Shown piece by piece: positions 63,380-64,000 of a DNA stretch of 64,000 nt. Position 1 is the stretch's first letter, and each line of letters begins with the position of its first letter. Where the stretch lies: positions 27,428,307-27,492,306 of the forward strand of contig OZ316892.1 in NCBI GenBank assembly GCA_973895155.1, given 5' to 3'. The notes under the pieces were generated by a model, which worked only from the letters and a program-made list of their open reading frames with translations, made no database searches and was not told where the DNA came from. The translations under genes were made by a program, and so were the position numbers. The stretch comes from Marsupella aquatica. Taxonomy: Eukaryota; Plantae; Marchantiophyta.

Positions 63380-64000
63380 ACAGATGGAGATATGTGTGTG
63401 TGGCATGCTCATGAGGCAGCCTGCAGGGTCTGGGTTTTTGTCACCTGATGGTAGAATATGGGGCAGTTTTAGAGGAGCCATGGTTCAGAAGAAATGCAAA
63501 TTAAATTCCAACAGCCAAGAATGAATCAGGCCCAATGCCCAGTTTGTAATAGGATCACGGGGACAAAATGGCGGATTATTTATTAGCGGGTGTCAAAGAC
63601 ACACCCGTAAGAATTTCTAATGGGAGTAGCCAAAGTGCTGTAAGTATGGTTACGGGTCTCCTTTATGGAGAAACAAAGCATGGGTGACTAGTTTTGACCC
63701 GACTCTTAGCTGTGACGTTATGGGTGGGACCGGTTAGCATGGACGATCCCACAGACAACTTACTCGTGCAGGACAGGAGTGATATCCGAGGCGGATCGTT
63801 GAATACGAGGATAGGGAGTGGAATCCGAGGACGGGGAGTGGAATCCGAGGACGTGGAATTCGTTCAAGTGGAATACGAGGACCAGGTCGAAGCATTTTCT
63901 GAGCTCCTTCACACTCTGTCTCCTTTCCGTTTGTTACTAAATTTGGTTCAAGCATTTTGCCCAAGCTCAGCACATCAATCGTAGCTTTACAAACTCTCTT

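Noticed and set aside
62740-64000. Possible further gene at the window end
   Set aside because: Short ORFs and GTGGAATCCGAGGA micro-repeats only; nothing assignable within the window.

Overview
Land-plant nuclear DNA, probably a non-seed plant (inferred from gene style, not proven). It holds five intact host genes: thioredoxin h (WCAPC active site, GC-AG intron), a GRX-domain/4xCxxC protein, a 19-exon sulfotransferase-like::class-IV aminotransferase (BCAT-like) fusion, cytosolic RPL6 and plastid RPL24. These lie among many transposons. The most notable element is a near full-length CRE-clade-like non-LTR retrotransposon (zinc finger, RT with an atypical LSDD motif, CCHC knuckle, restriction-like endonuclease; one nonsense codon) at ~20.4-25.0 kb. 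A ~99% identical 5'-truncated sister copy with an 8-bp TSD lies 2.4 kb downstream, which points to recent activity. Also present: a Ty1/copia with both LTRs, PBS, PPT and TSD but lacking RT/RNase H, three solo LTRs, L1-type LINE remnants with stacked tails, two SINE-like families, MITEs and Helitron-like ends. Coordinates were read by eye, and TE boundaries without TSDs are approximate.
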